DNA from: the human T2T-CHM13v2.0 reference genome, Homo sapiens
Assembly: GCF_009914755.1 (NCBI RefSeq)
Contig: NC_060927.1
Strand: one strand, 5' to 3'
DNA length: 64,000 bases
The stretch's first letter is position 1. Each line of letters begins with the position of its first letter. Positions 12,428 to 24,555 of this stretch are shown piece after piece. Under the pieces are notes generated by a model. That model saw nothing but the letters and a program-made list of their open reading frames with translations, searched no databases and was not told the origin of the DNA. Position numbers and translations under genes: made by a program.

Positions 12428-15400
12428 CTTTCATATTTGTAGTATTCAGAACTAGCATTTCCTACATAGTATCCAAGAAAGACCATGATATAGAATGAAA
12501 ATTCACATAGAGCCATCTTTAGATAAGAATCAAAAGATCATCAAACACATATAATATTTAGTGAATATTAATATATGGCATCTTAAATGTGAGAGAACAC
12601 AAATGTAGTGCACAAAATTTAGATGAATGCATTTTTTATGAAGACAGGCCTAAAAAATCACTCTACCATAGTGCTTCCAGTACGAATTTTATTTTTTTGG
12701 TTAAAGAAGCATGTTTTGTTTTTTAAGAGCTACTCAAACTTTTTCTCTACCAGGCAAACAAAACAGATCATGAGAATCCAAACATGTATTCAGACAACTT
12801 TTGTAACAGGACAGTTCATATTAGAAAATGATCGCCCTGCTATGAAACGAGCTCTCAGCACAGGGGCTTTTGGCTACATCACTCTGCAAGCACCATAATA
12901 GCTACTTTTTCTCAAATGCTAGAGTTCATTTTTAATATTAAAAGCAATATTTCACTATTCTATTATCTTTTTGTTTTTACATGACACTTAAAATTAGTTT
13001 CTGACAGATACAACTACCCATACATAGAATAGTGTATTGAGCCGATGTGTTTGTTGTGAGAAATACAGTCAGAAGAGAATTTTATTATGTTTTACATTTG
13101 ATTGTTTATGCACGACAGTACATTTAAACTGAGTTTCAGCAAGCCAGTTGCCAGAGATTCAAAGCCTGACAAATAGCACATTCTCTTCACTAAATAAAGA
13201 ATGTACAGGAACCCACACCAGCTTACAAGTTATTCTTTATGAACAACAGAATTGCTTTTTGCCTATTTCAAACAGAACCCTAAATGTGCCCAGCACAGCA
13301 AGAGAGAGCATAGGAAGCAAAGAGAGTTTAATATTCCAGCCCAGCTCACTGGAAACAACCACCACAAAAAACTAAAATGACAGAGCAGTGTTCTGTAGAG
13401 CAACATGATTTGTCTGCTTTAAATGGAGAATAATGGTTTTAAGTTTAGAGCAGAACTAAAGGGCTCAATTACTATTCATGGATTCTGAATTGTTCTACTT
13501 TAGAAACTCCTTTAGCATGAAATGTTCATCAAAATCAATGCATGAAACTATAGAAAAAAAATAAAAACCCAGTTTCCCATATGAATAAAGGACTTCCCAA
13601 CTAAGAAAGTCTATAAAAAAAAAAAGTATCACCAGTTTACACAAACCCATCTTAGGCAGTAGGACTAAACATTTTAAAGTAATAATTTTTGGTTGAATGT
13701 TGATAGGCAGAAAATTTTATATATATAAAATCCAAAGTCGTCATATAGAAGACTTTAGTACTAAGCTACCATTGATTTTCTTTAATCTTTAAAAACTATA
13801 CTAATGGTTATCCAAACTATATGGACATGCTTTTTACTGAAACAAACCATTGTCCTTGGAATTGAGTAGGTTTACTGAAGACAATAGTGTAACAGTAAAT
13901 TGAAAAAATATATGATTTCTTTAACTATTTTTGTATCTGACTGTAAGGATCTGATTAGTAGCTTTCACACTAAAGAACAATAGAGCTGTGAAAAAATTAT
14001 TCAGTAATAGAACAGTTGATAATCCTTTGGTAATTAGAGATAAGTGACTTTTGTTTGCTTTTTTCCCCTATATATTCCCCCAAATATTATGTTTTTCTAA
14101 AATTATGCAAAAAGAGGATGACGTGACTCCCCAATCATGTATTTAGAAAAAGAAAAATGCCTATTAATTTGTGAAATATATTAATTTAGATTGGTTTCCC
14201 CCGACTTACTTTCTCATGAGGATAGTATAATCTGAAAATCATTGGTAATAAACTAAGGTAAAAATGCATTACTATGTACAGACTTCTGTAGGAAAACATT
14301 TGCTTTTATATTGACATTGGCAAAATTTCATGTGGACTATTATGGATTATAATTGCATTTCATTTTGCTATATTAAAAAGTGTCAAATCCTAAAACCAAG
14401 CAAAACATTATCTGTGTTTTTTTTCATTATGTAGGAGAATGGTAAAGTCCTGAAGGCAATTTGAAAGCCGTAGTTAACCAGCTCCTTCTGTTTGCATATT
14501 CAATCCCTCAATGTAACATATGCATAATTTGATCATCATTGTGTGCCATCTGGAGTATACTGATTGAACTGCAGTTTGAAAATGAGGGTTCAGAGATAAT
14601 TTGGTTGCATACATTTAGAACTGAAATGTCTCTCATGGAGCAGAACAGAGTTATTTAAAAACATAACTATGACTAAAAGATGAAAATATATTCCATAAAC
14701 TCAAGAAAACCAAGGAAGACAATTTTAAGTCCTCAAGCTTTTCACTTTAAAACATCTTAAAATTTTATTAGCAATGGTATTCTACGGGAATTGTGACAAA
14801 AAACATTTGTACCTACCTGTTAGAGCAATAATTATACTTTTTCAACCTAGTTTACATATTTTATTTAATTTATCTTGGAAGATTTAACCCATTATCAACA
14901 AGCAATATCAGTTAAAACATTGGTATACTAATTTTTTTTCACTAACTGTTACTTAATGTTAGGTTAGGCTTAAAACTTGCATGAGTTCATCACATTTGAG
15001 TACCACAGCTGAGCACTAATTGCCATAGAAGCTCATGAGTGCCATATTGAAGACTGAAGATTGTCTAGTCCAGAACTTTTACTTTCAGATGCCAGAGTGT
15101 GATGTCAAGTGAGATACTTTATAAAATGAAAGATACAATTTTAAAATGAAATTACCTCTCATATAGTTTTAAGAGCAATAGTTTCTCATAGCCTCCTATT
15201 GGAAACCTTATTTTTTTTTTCACGTTTTCTAATACCACTGAATGGCTGAGCCACCATATTATGATGGGTTACTTATATTACATGGTCAAAAGTATTGCCA
15301 TCAAGAAGGAAATTACATGACCTAGACTTGCTAAAAATACTAATAATTTTCGAAGGGCTTTAGGTGGTGTATGAGCATTAGCCTACCTGCATAATACATG

Positions 15401-16591
15401 CTACTCTTTCTTACCGGAGGAAGAGAACTTTTCTCAAATTACGGGTTTCCCAATTTATGTAAGAAAGAACCCTATTATCAAACAACCTTCTGTTACTCTA
15501 TTACCAAGCAATACCACCTCAGGTGCTGCTTTCTTGCTCAAACTAAAGGCAAACATTGAGCTTCCCCCTGTAGCATTGGAGTCTTCTCCCTCCCTTTATT
15601 CCTTTAGTAGGCACAACATTTTCTGGGATATTCTCATACTACTATGATTCATTTGCTCCACAACAGAGGAGATGTCAAGGCTTGAGCTTAAATACTTTGA
15701 ACTGAGAGGTAGAGAGTGCGAGTGGACATTCTCAGACAATCATGGAATCCTCGCCACTGAGTGAGGCAATTCACAACTGCATTTCCCCTTTATTTATCCA
15801 GAAGAGCAGAGAGGAGCAAGCATCTAATCTATTATGATCCCGTCACAGAACATGACATTCTAATTCAGTCAGTAGGGACTCACAATAAACTCAAAACCAC
15901 ATTGAGTGCCTCCCTGGTATGACAATTGATTACATCTCTTAACCTTTCTGCATCTGTGGTACCATCTGGAACATTTAGTGCTTACATTTTTGCACACAAA
16001 GAACAGGTAACAGCATATAGACCCAAATACAAACTCACTCCTTCTACTGTAAGGCTGCAACAACAATAAAAAGAAAACAGTAGGCAGAATAACCTTGATT
16101 TCACAAAAGATGTCATTCTAAAGAAAATTGAACACATAACCCCAAAAATAATACGTTGTGGGATATCTAATATAGGATTATCAATTCAAAAAGTTATCCA
16201 TTCACCCTTTCAAAATGGATTTAGCCGTAGAAGAGACAAGAAATACATCATATAAGAAACTATTATGTACATACATTATACTTTATTCAAATCTAAGTAC
16301 AGTAGTGAGTACTAATATCCTATATTAGTATACAACTTGATCAAAGCTACAGAACATTAAATTATGGAGTAAAAATACAGACCCAGTTTTACTCCCCACA
16401 TCATTATTCTTTATATTGCATTATTAAATTTAATCCAGTTTAATATTAATCCTTTTGACAAATATTTATGAAATGCTATAAAATATGTTAGGAACCTCTT
16501 TTAGTTGATGAACAAGTGGCAAATCCCTTTATTATACATAAAGAATTGTGCTAAGTAAAGGATAAAACTTGTTCCAAGCAAAAGTTTAGAA

Positions 16592-16800
16592 CAGGGTTTC
16601 TCATTTGGGACCGGATAATACTTTACGTTACCCCAGAGCTCTCCTGAGCATTCTAGAATTATCTAGCAGCATTTCTTCACTACTTGGCATGCCAGGAGCA
16701 CTCCCTCCCTCAGTCATTACAAATGTCTTCAGACATTGCCAAAGAATGTCTTCTGGGAGCAGCCCTTTACTCCCACCACTAGCACCACTGAGAACTATTT
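16592..16800. mobile_element. MER20 hAT-Charlie MITE
   Basis: cagggtttctca..ggataat..tagcagcat..aaatgtcttcagacattgccaaa..tgagaacta; 8-bp TSD-like gtttagaa/gtttaaat. Confidence 0.85.
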
Positions 16801-16844
16801 GTTTAAATTAAGGTGGATGGACAAGTTTTTATGAATTACATGAA

Positions 16845-16960
16845 GAATGTAAACTCCTGGGGGGAACAGGAATTGTCCTAGTAAGCTGCAGCATTTAATG
16901 CAGGAACCCTCTCAAAAAAGGAAGGGAAATACTGGTTGATAAAAGGATAAATGAATGAAA
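16845..16960 (+). mobile_element. L2 3' end relic
   Basis: gaatgtaaactcctggggg..aaatgaatgaa. Confidence 0.45.
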
Positions 16961-17709
16961 AATGAGAGAATAAACTGCAAAAAAACATTCTTCAGTTAAA
17001 GCCAGAAATTAACACTATTGCAAACACTAGTAAATTCAAATAAGTGAGAGAAAACAGGCTGGTTTTCCTCTTTTAGATTTCTTGCACTAGTTCCCAGACA
17101 GAGGAAAAATAGAAAGTATGTGAGAAAAAGCATTACTCAAATTGGCACACACTTCTGCCATCACCGTGCTTAGAAGTTTTCTTCTCTCATTTGTCTTAGC
17201 CAGGCTCTTGGCGTCTGGCAGTGAGCTCTCATGACCCATCGCCAGCTGTGAAGTATGGCAGAAATTCACAAATAATTGTTTTTTCCATAGAATAGAAGGA
17301 TTATAATGTTAGTCTTTGATAACATCATTCTTACACTCTTGTGTTTCTAAGTACCTTCTTAAGTGAAAGGAAAAGCAGATTTATGGCAACACATGGGGAA
17401 AACTCAGCACCCACAATCTCTGTAATCAGTGTAAAAGCCTTAGTGAGTGTGGTTAGGGCTGTACTGATGTACACTTAACTGTTGGGACAATTACGAATCA
17501 TTGCCGTGCTTGAACATGCAACTTTATAATGACTTCCATTTCCTCTCTAAATTTATTCATAGATAAATTTTTAATAATGATAGAAGCAAGGATAGATGAA
17601 GAATAACAAATCAAAAGACAAGATTATTTTAGGGCAACATTCACATCCACATTAACAATGGAAAAACTGGTACTTTGTATGTGCTGTAAATATAAACAAT
17701 ATATTACAC

Positions 17710-17815
17710 AGTAATAGCAGGTAATCTTGAGTTCTTTATGAATTCCATATCATACTATTTAACTCATTCAACAACTTTTACAGATAAGGAAATTGAGAAG
17801 TAGGAAGTTTACCAA
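17710..17815 (-). mobile_element. MIR relic
   Basis: ttttacagataaggaaattgag MIR core, antisense. Confidence 0.55.
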
Positions 17816-19202
17816 TGATGCTCCCTTAAGAGGACACAGGGTCTCTCTGAACATAAGGCTCTTCTAAGGCTTCCTCCCTGAATTCTGTTTCATTCCCAGA
17901 TCCCAGAATGAGCTTTCAGAAGCCAGTGAGTGTCTCTGGAATAGCATGTCAGTGAGACCCAAACAGGACACTTAATTCCAGTACTAAAGATGACAGTTCT
18001 TCAAGAATGGTCTCCAGCTATTTCCTCTGAGCAGGATTCTGATGGTAGAGGGCTTCTGAGGCTTTGCCAGCTTGAAGCAGGATCAAATCACACCCAAGCT
18101 GTGATCTTAGTCTGAAGAGAGCTGAATCTTAGTCTCACAAACAAGAGCACACAGAAGAGGTTTGGTTGGCAATTTGGGAATCATGAGAACATACTGAGAT
18201 CTACTGCCCCTGTACCTGTTTGTTGGTTACCCATTGCAATCAGACTTGTTTGGTCTCCCAAGTTTTTAGTAGAAGAGTATATATACACTCTATATTCAAA
18301 CCATTTCTCTCTTGTCAGGCACATTTCTGAGTCACCTACTCAGTTGTCATCTTTATTCATGGCAAGATGTCCATTTTTGACAATTCATTGCTTTTCAGCA
18401 TGAAAAGAGAACACCACTGCTTAAATATGGAGAAAGTTCCACTTTCAACAGTTGAAGTAAACTGCAGCATTTTTATACTCATCAGTGAAGAAAAGGAGGT
18501 TTGCAAATCCTCACATTCCTGCTGTTTCTACAAAGTGCATTACCTAAGGATTATGAATTCTAAAGATTTTACAAACCAGGAGAATTTATCAGGGGACACA
18601 AAGAAAAAAAACTTTCCTGTCAAAAATTGTAATTTCTCAAGAAATTACCAATGAATTACAGTCACTTATGAGATCCCATTTTGCAATATGTAATTAACAG
18701 ACCAAGGCAGGGTCCCAACCACAACCAACCACTTCAAGTACATAGCCCCTGCACCTATGTGCATGGGTGACTGATCAATTTGTCCTTCCCCAGTCCCCAT
18801 TCCTGTAATTGCATTGCTGGCTGGCATGAGAAGGAATCAAGCTCATTTGGCTCCTGTTTCTTCTAGTCAAATAAAGGGCTCCTTTTCAAACAAATGACAA
18901 GTTGTTTGAGTACCTAATGTGGGCTGCACATTTATATTACTGTTGCAAGCACACAGCTCCTGGCAAAGGAAACAAGATATCATTTCTTCGGCAAAAGGCT
19001 GCACTATTTGTATCTATCTGGAAAAAAAAAAAACCCATATGAACCAAATAAAAGGGAACTAGGGGAGGATAAAAGAAATGTGAAAGCAAAACAGGACGTG
19101 TGATTGACACATACCTATAAGACATGCCATTGGCTAAGATACTGAATGGGCTTCCGGCCTCGGAGGAACCTACTATTTCCTGGATCTTCTGAGACAGAAC
19201 TA

Positions 19203-20365
19203 TAGTCATGAGCTGCATCATGATGTTTTGGTCAATGACGGACCACATATTCAGTGATGGTCTCATAAGATTTTAATGGAGCTGAAAAATTCCGATCACC
19301 TGGTGGCATTGTAGCTGTGACAGTTATGCAACACATTACTCTTGTATTTGTGGCAATCCTGGTTAATCAAACCTAATGTGCTGACTGTCATTTAGAAGTC
19401 TTCATACATACAATTATGTACAGTACATAATACTTGATAATAACTATGTTACTGGTTTGTGTATTTACTATATTATACTCCATCATTTTGAGTGTACTCC
19501 TACTTATATAGAAATTATTAACTGTAAAACATCCTCAGGCCAGTCCTCCAGAAGGTATCCAGAAGAAGGCATTATTATCGCAGGAAATGACAGCTCCATA
19601 CATGCCATTGTCCCTGAAGACATTCTAGAGCAACAAGACCTGGAGATGGAACACCCCATGAATGTGTGTAGGCCTACGCTAATGGATGCATTTTTATCTC
19701 AGCGTTTAACAAAAACAGTTTTCAAAGTAAACAGAAAAATGAAAAACTTTGAAAGTAAAGCCTTCAGCATAAGTTTATGAAGAAAATATTTTTGTATAGC
19801 TGTACAATGCATATTTGTTTTAAGTGCTATCACAAAAGAATTAAAAAATTTAAAAACATTAAAAGCTTTAAAGTAAAAAAGTTATAGTAATATTAATGTA
19901 TTATTGAAGGAAGAAAACTATTTTTTATAAATTTAGTGTAGCCTAAATATAGTGTTTATAACATCTACAGTAGTGTACAGTAGTGTCCTAGGCCTTCACA
20001 TTCACTCACCACTCACTCACTGACTCACTCATAGCAACTTCCAGTCCTATAAGCTCCATACATGCTAAGTGTCCTATACAGATGTACCGTTTTTTAAATC
20101 TTTAACCATCTTTTCTATACTTAGATATGTGTAGATACACAAATACTTAATATGGTGTTACTATTTCCTTACACTTTTCAGAACAGTAACATGCCGTACT
20201 GATCTGTAGCCTAGGAGCAACAGGCCATACCCTATAGCTTAGGCGTGTAGTAGGCTATACCATCTAAGTTTGTATAAGCATACTCTATGATGTTCGCACA
20301 ATGATGACATCACCTAACAACACATTTCTCAGAACATGTCTTCATCTTTAAATTAAACATGACTT
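19203..20365. mobile_element. Tigger3b (Golem) TcMar non-autonomous DNA transposon
   Basis: TA followed by tagtcatg..ggtcaatgacggaccacata at one end, catttctcagaac..catgact at the other; ~1.2 kb. Confidence 0.9.
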
Positions 20366-20420
20366 CCAGAATGATCTTTGTTATTTCCTAAACCAAATAT
20401 CTTCTTTCTTGAAAGCATGT

Positions 20421-20801
20421 TGATATGGTTTTGTTCTGTGTCCCCACCCAGATTACAATTCTCATTTTGAATTGTAATCCCCATAATCCCCACGTGTCAA
20501 GGGAAGAAACTTGTGGGAGATGGTTGGATCATGGGAGCAGTTTCCCCTATGCTCTTATTGTAACAGTGAGGGAGTTCTCAGGATATATGATGGTTTTATA
20601 AGGGCTTGACCGTTCCTCCTTTGCACGCTCTCTTGCTCCTGCTGCCATGTAAGACAAGTTTGCTTCCCCTTCTGCCATGATTGTTAAGTTTCCTGAGGCC
20701 TCCCTGGCCCTGCAGAACTGTGCGTCAATTAAATCTCTTCTCTTTGCAAATTACCCAGTCTTGGGCAGTTCTTTATAGCAATGTGAAAATAGGCTAATAC
20801 A
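20421..20801 (+). mobile_element. THE1D-like MaLR solo LTR
   Basis: tgatatggtt..ctaataca; perfect 5-bp TSD CATGT (20416-20420 and 20802-20806). Confidence 0.9.
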
Positions 20802-21109
20802 CATGTTGAAGAAAAGACAAGACAGAGATGAGAAAGGAAAGAAAATGAGAGCAAGTACTCTGCCTGTTTTTCTATCAGCATCTGGCTTATTTGGTGACTA
20901 GGAAAAATATAGATGGAACAGTACTAGATAAATATAGATTTAAAATTATAGCTTTTTTTCCTCTCTTCAGTAATTCTGTTGTTTGCAGTCTACCTCCTTT
21001 GTTCTTTTCCTTCTCCTTTGTCTTTAAATGTTTTCAATTGTCTTTACAATATACACATCCCCCTGGCAATCTATACATTCCTAAAAGTTCAATCACTACC
21101 CATCTACAC

Positions 21110-21339
21110 CAGGAGTTTGCAAACATTTTATAAAGAGAGCCAGATAGGAAGTACTGTTTGCTGTGTGGGCCTTATAGTCTCTGTCATAACAAAGGTATTT
21201 GTACTCTGCTCTGTCATTTAGAAAATGCTCCCACAGATCATATGTAAACAAATGAGTGTGGCTGTGTTCCAAAAAAGCTTATTTACATAACACTTGCAAG
21301 GATGGATTTGGCCTGCTGGTCATAGTTTGTCAATATCTG
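21110..21339. mobile_element. MER58A hAT-Charlie MITE
   Basis: caggagtttgcaaac..gtaaacaaatgagtgtggctgtgttccaa..tagtttgtcaatatctg; opposite orientation to the copy at 36927. Confidence 0.85.
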
Positions 21340-21379
21340 AGCTATACTAATAACTCAGAAAGTTTTATCTTTAGTCTAG

Positions 21380-22120
21380 AGCCTTCTATTCTTACACTTT
21401 CTTTCTGACTCAAAGCTGTTTCTTCCTTGATGTCTCACTGACCCTTCAAACCTCATTCACTGTGTTCCCCAGCAAATCCTGCTTCCGTGTTCTATATTTC
21501 AGGGTTTGGCACTACTTTCACTTCCATCTCCCAAGCCAGAGACTTGGAAATTTTCACTAACCATTTTCTTCCTTGTCCCTCTTTAAATACTTTTGTCAAA
21601 TTTGCCATCTAAATATAATCTTAACTTTCCTCTCACATAATGTCTTCACACCTGATCGTTTAACGCAGTAAAGAAGGATCATTTCTTTCAGTTTTGCCTT
21701 CCTTCCAGCTATTACAAGTGTGCTCTTTGTAAAGTGTAAACATGATCATGTTCTGCACCTGTGCAAATCTTTTGGGGCTCTCCAAAGCCTGATACATTGA
21801 TCCTAAACCAGATTCCAGGGCCTAATTTTAGACCTCCTTAATGAGAAACCCTGGGGATAATATATAATTATTTAAATGATAATTCCCCTGCAGGATGGTA
21901 CTGGTAAACCTGATGCTAACTTATCTTTATATGAAATCTACATTCTTGGATATGTCCCGAAAAAACCTTCATGATTTAGTACTGGTATACTTTGTAAACC
22001 TTCATGATTTAGTACTGGTATACTTTGTAAACCTTCATGATTTAGTACTGGTATACTTTGTAAACCTTCATGATTTAGTACTGGTATACTTTGTAAACCT
22101 CAGCTCTTTTCCCCAGCCTC
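21380..22120 (+). mobile_element. L2 fragment (contains a possible MER5-like insert at ~21800-21900 and the 33-bp VNTR)
   Basis: ctcccaagccagagacttgga, tgatcatgt and ccttcatgat motifs of L2 ORF2/3' region. Confidence 0.55.
21963..22100. repeat. Perfect minisatellite, 4.2 copies of a 33-bp unit
   Basis: Unit AAACCTTCATGATTTAGTACTGGTATACTTTGT at 21963, 21996, 22029 and 22062, plus AAACCT. Confidence 0.97.
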
Positions 22121-22239
22121 TTATGCACATGCAAATGTTTTTGATGATCCATACCTACCCCATTGATCTCTTTACTTCTAGGGACATATTGGCTATAATG
22201 GCTATAGGCATACTGTCATTCCAACAGCCAGCACCTATA

Positions 22240-22950
22240 TACTTCTTTGTTAGAGAAGTGTCCTTAGGCTGCTGAGACAGCTCTGTCTGCTCACACAAAT
22301 ACCTGAGAATTATGTCCCCTAGGAGCCACCATTAACCAATGATTGCAGGAGAGAAAGAATAGATATATTTACCAGCTGACTGTCTCCTGATTGAGATAAC
22401 TCTTACAATGTGACCTAGACTGTGTTCAAAACTACCAAGTGGGATTGAGCCAAAGTTATTTGCCATGGGGATTTACATGACATCCTGCTCTTGTTCGACC
22501 TCTGTGATGGCTAATTTCACGTGTGAACTTGACTAGACCACTCTTCCCAGATATTTGGTCAAAGACAAGTATGGATGTTGCTGTGAAAGCAGTGTTTTAG
22601 ATGTGATGAATGTTAAAATCAGTGACTCTGAGGTTATCTTTCATAAAATAGATAGGCCTCATTTAATCAGTTGTAGGCCTTAAGAGAAAAAGACTGAGGT
22701 CTCCTGGAAAGAGGGAATTCTGCCAGACTCCCTTCACACTCAAGCTTCAGCATCAGCTCTTCCCCCGGTCTCCAGCCTGCCAGCCTAGCCTGCAGATTTT
22801 GGAATTACTTTATGTGACTGCATACAATCCTGTGGATAACGCTGACAAATATAGCCTCCTTATTTTCTCTTTTTTTCCATGTCCCCACTCCTGTACCAGG
22901 TTTTCTTGGAAACACTTCTTCTGAAAAGTCCCCACTGAGTAGACTAAGAA
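22240..22950 (+). mobile_element. LTR16C-like ERVL solo LTR split by MLT2D
   Basis: aaccaatga..gataactct..agtgggattgagcc.. then ccccactcc..actaaga on the other side of the MLT2D. Confidence 0.65.
22503..22853 (+). mobile_element. MLT2D-like ERVL solo LTR
   Basis: tgtgatggctaattt..cttgactag..ctgcagattttgga..ctgacaaatata; TSD acctc/gcctc. Confidence 0.85.
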
Positions 22951-23169
22951 CCACAGATTTAGTGAAGAGATTAAAAAGAAAAAGCTAAGATATCTATATG
23001 TTTCATATAGATCGGTTTGATAGGAATCAAAGGGTCAGATTTCAGGGCACTGAATGTAAGATCACATTCTATACCTTATTCACACACACACACACGCACA
23101 CACGTCTTTACCAAATGCACTCTTAAGCCTCCACACCCTTATCTATCCTATTCCCGCTTCCCCTTCTCT

Positions 23170-23400
23170 GCTCCACACCTACCAAAAATATTCTATTAAT
23201 TATTTAAGACCTGCCTGATAGATCTCAACTTCTAGAAGACATTTTCAGAATTCTCAAGGAAGTTTGAATTACCTGTCTTTTTCTCTTACCACGCTTAGGG
23301 TTCATTAAGGCAGAGATTTTTTGAGTCCAAATTTAAAGTATAGTCACCTAGCTGAGTACCTGACACACAGTCAGCACTGAACAACTTTGTCCTGGATAAG
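23170..23400 (+). mobile_element. L2 3' relic
   Basis: aaggcagaga..cacctagc..gtacctgacacacagtcagcact. Confidence 0.5.
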
Positions 23401-23449
23401 CATTAGAAAATGAAATCATAATCCTATAGTATAAAAAAGAGTAAGTTTT

Positions 23450-23737
23450 GGCCGGGGACGGTGGCTCATACCTGTAATCCCAGCACTTTTGGGAGGCCGA
23501 GGCGAGCAGATCACTAGGTCAGGCATTTGAGACCAGCCTGGTCAACACGGTGAAACCTCATCTCTACTAAAAATACAAACATTAGGCGGGTGTGGTGGTG
23601 CATACCTGCAATCCCAGCTACTCAGGAGGCTGAGGCAGGAGAATTGCTTGAATCCAGGAGGCGGAGGTTTCAGTGAACTGAGATTGTGCTCCAGCCTGGG
23701 CAACAGAGCAAGACTCCATCTAAAAAAAAAAAAAAAA
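23450..23737 (+). mobile_element. AluS SINE
   Basis: Full Alu; TSD aaagagtaagtttt/aaagagtaactttt. Confidence 0.95.
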
Positions 23738-24439
23738 GAGTAACTTTTAATATTCCTTTGCCTCACAAATCAATATTGTGTCTGAAAAATATTTCTAAAC
23801 AAGTATTTCAATAAACAAATAAGTTCAAATTATTATGAGAGTATAGATATGTAACAACCAAAGGAACTCCAAATAGTTCTGCCAGTTAATTTTGCAAACA
23901 AAAATGAGAAAGCATTTTTTAAAAATGAAACTTATTTTAAAACCTTATAAGGTAGAGTCTTAGAAAAAGCAAGGGACTACAATTTCAACAGTAACTATAA
24001 ACCACAGACCCTGCCCACCACCCTCTATCTCCCAGTATATTTTCATTAACTAAGTAAAGACTTTTAGGAAGGACCTTTTGCAAACAGTTCTTTGAAAAGA
24101 TATTGCCAAGGAGGAGGAGTCATTGATAAAAGAATCAAGAAACTCTATTTTAAAAGCAGCTAGGTATTATGTGTATAAGTTAACAGCTTTAGAAAGAAGG
24201 AAACTCATTTTACCACATATCCACATATTTCATTACCAGAGAAGTCATTTTTTTTTTACCGCTTTGCACATATACCTAGTACTATTAGGTATCTATACAT
24301 ATATGTACTTACAAATATATAAAATCTTATATATATTTTATATTTATATATATACGCATATAAACTTAGGTGTTGAACTCACCAATATTCATACAGAGTC
24401 TAATGATTTTTTTTATTTAAAATATGTGTAGAGAGTTTG

Positions 24440-24555
24440 GGTTCAGAAAAAGGAGATAGTATTAGAACCTACCACATACAGTTATTAAGAATTAAATAAA
24501 ATTTAATCTAATTTATTGGCATGTGGATTCTTGATCAATATTACTTATTATTATG
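24440..24555 (+). mobile_element. MIR 3' half relic
   Basis: acctaccacatacagttattaagaattaaataaaat..attattat. Confidence 0.45.

Noticed and set aside
12061-12516. Four overlapping ORFs rich in E/G/R/K or P/S/L/F
   Set aside because: Produced by the purine-only low-complexity tract, which lacks stop codons.
12754-12898. Strong plus-strand acceptor (ttttctctaccag|G) followed by an open frame
   Set aside because: No convincing donor or polyadenylation signal nearby, and the peptide is unrecognisable.
16310-16330. 9-bp hairpin TACTAATAT-cct-ATATTAGTA
   Set aside because: Short and AT-rich, so expected by chance in 64 kb of this composition.
21963-22100. 33-bp repeats with internal palindromes as a CRISPR array
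   Set aside because: Units are head-to-tail with no spacers, there are no cas genes, and the context is primate DNA. It is a VNTR.
21895-22275. 126-aa ORF with the NLHDLVLVYFV repeat as a real protein
   Set aside because: The ORF is an artefact of a stop-free 33-bp unit in an L2 relic, with no promoter or splice support.
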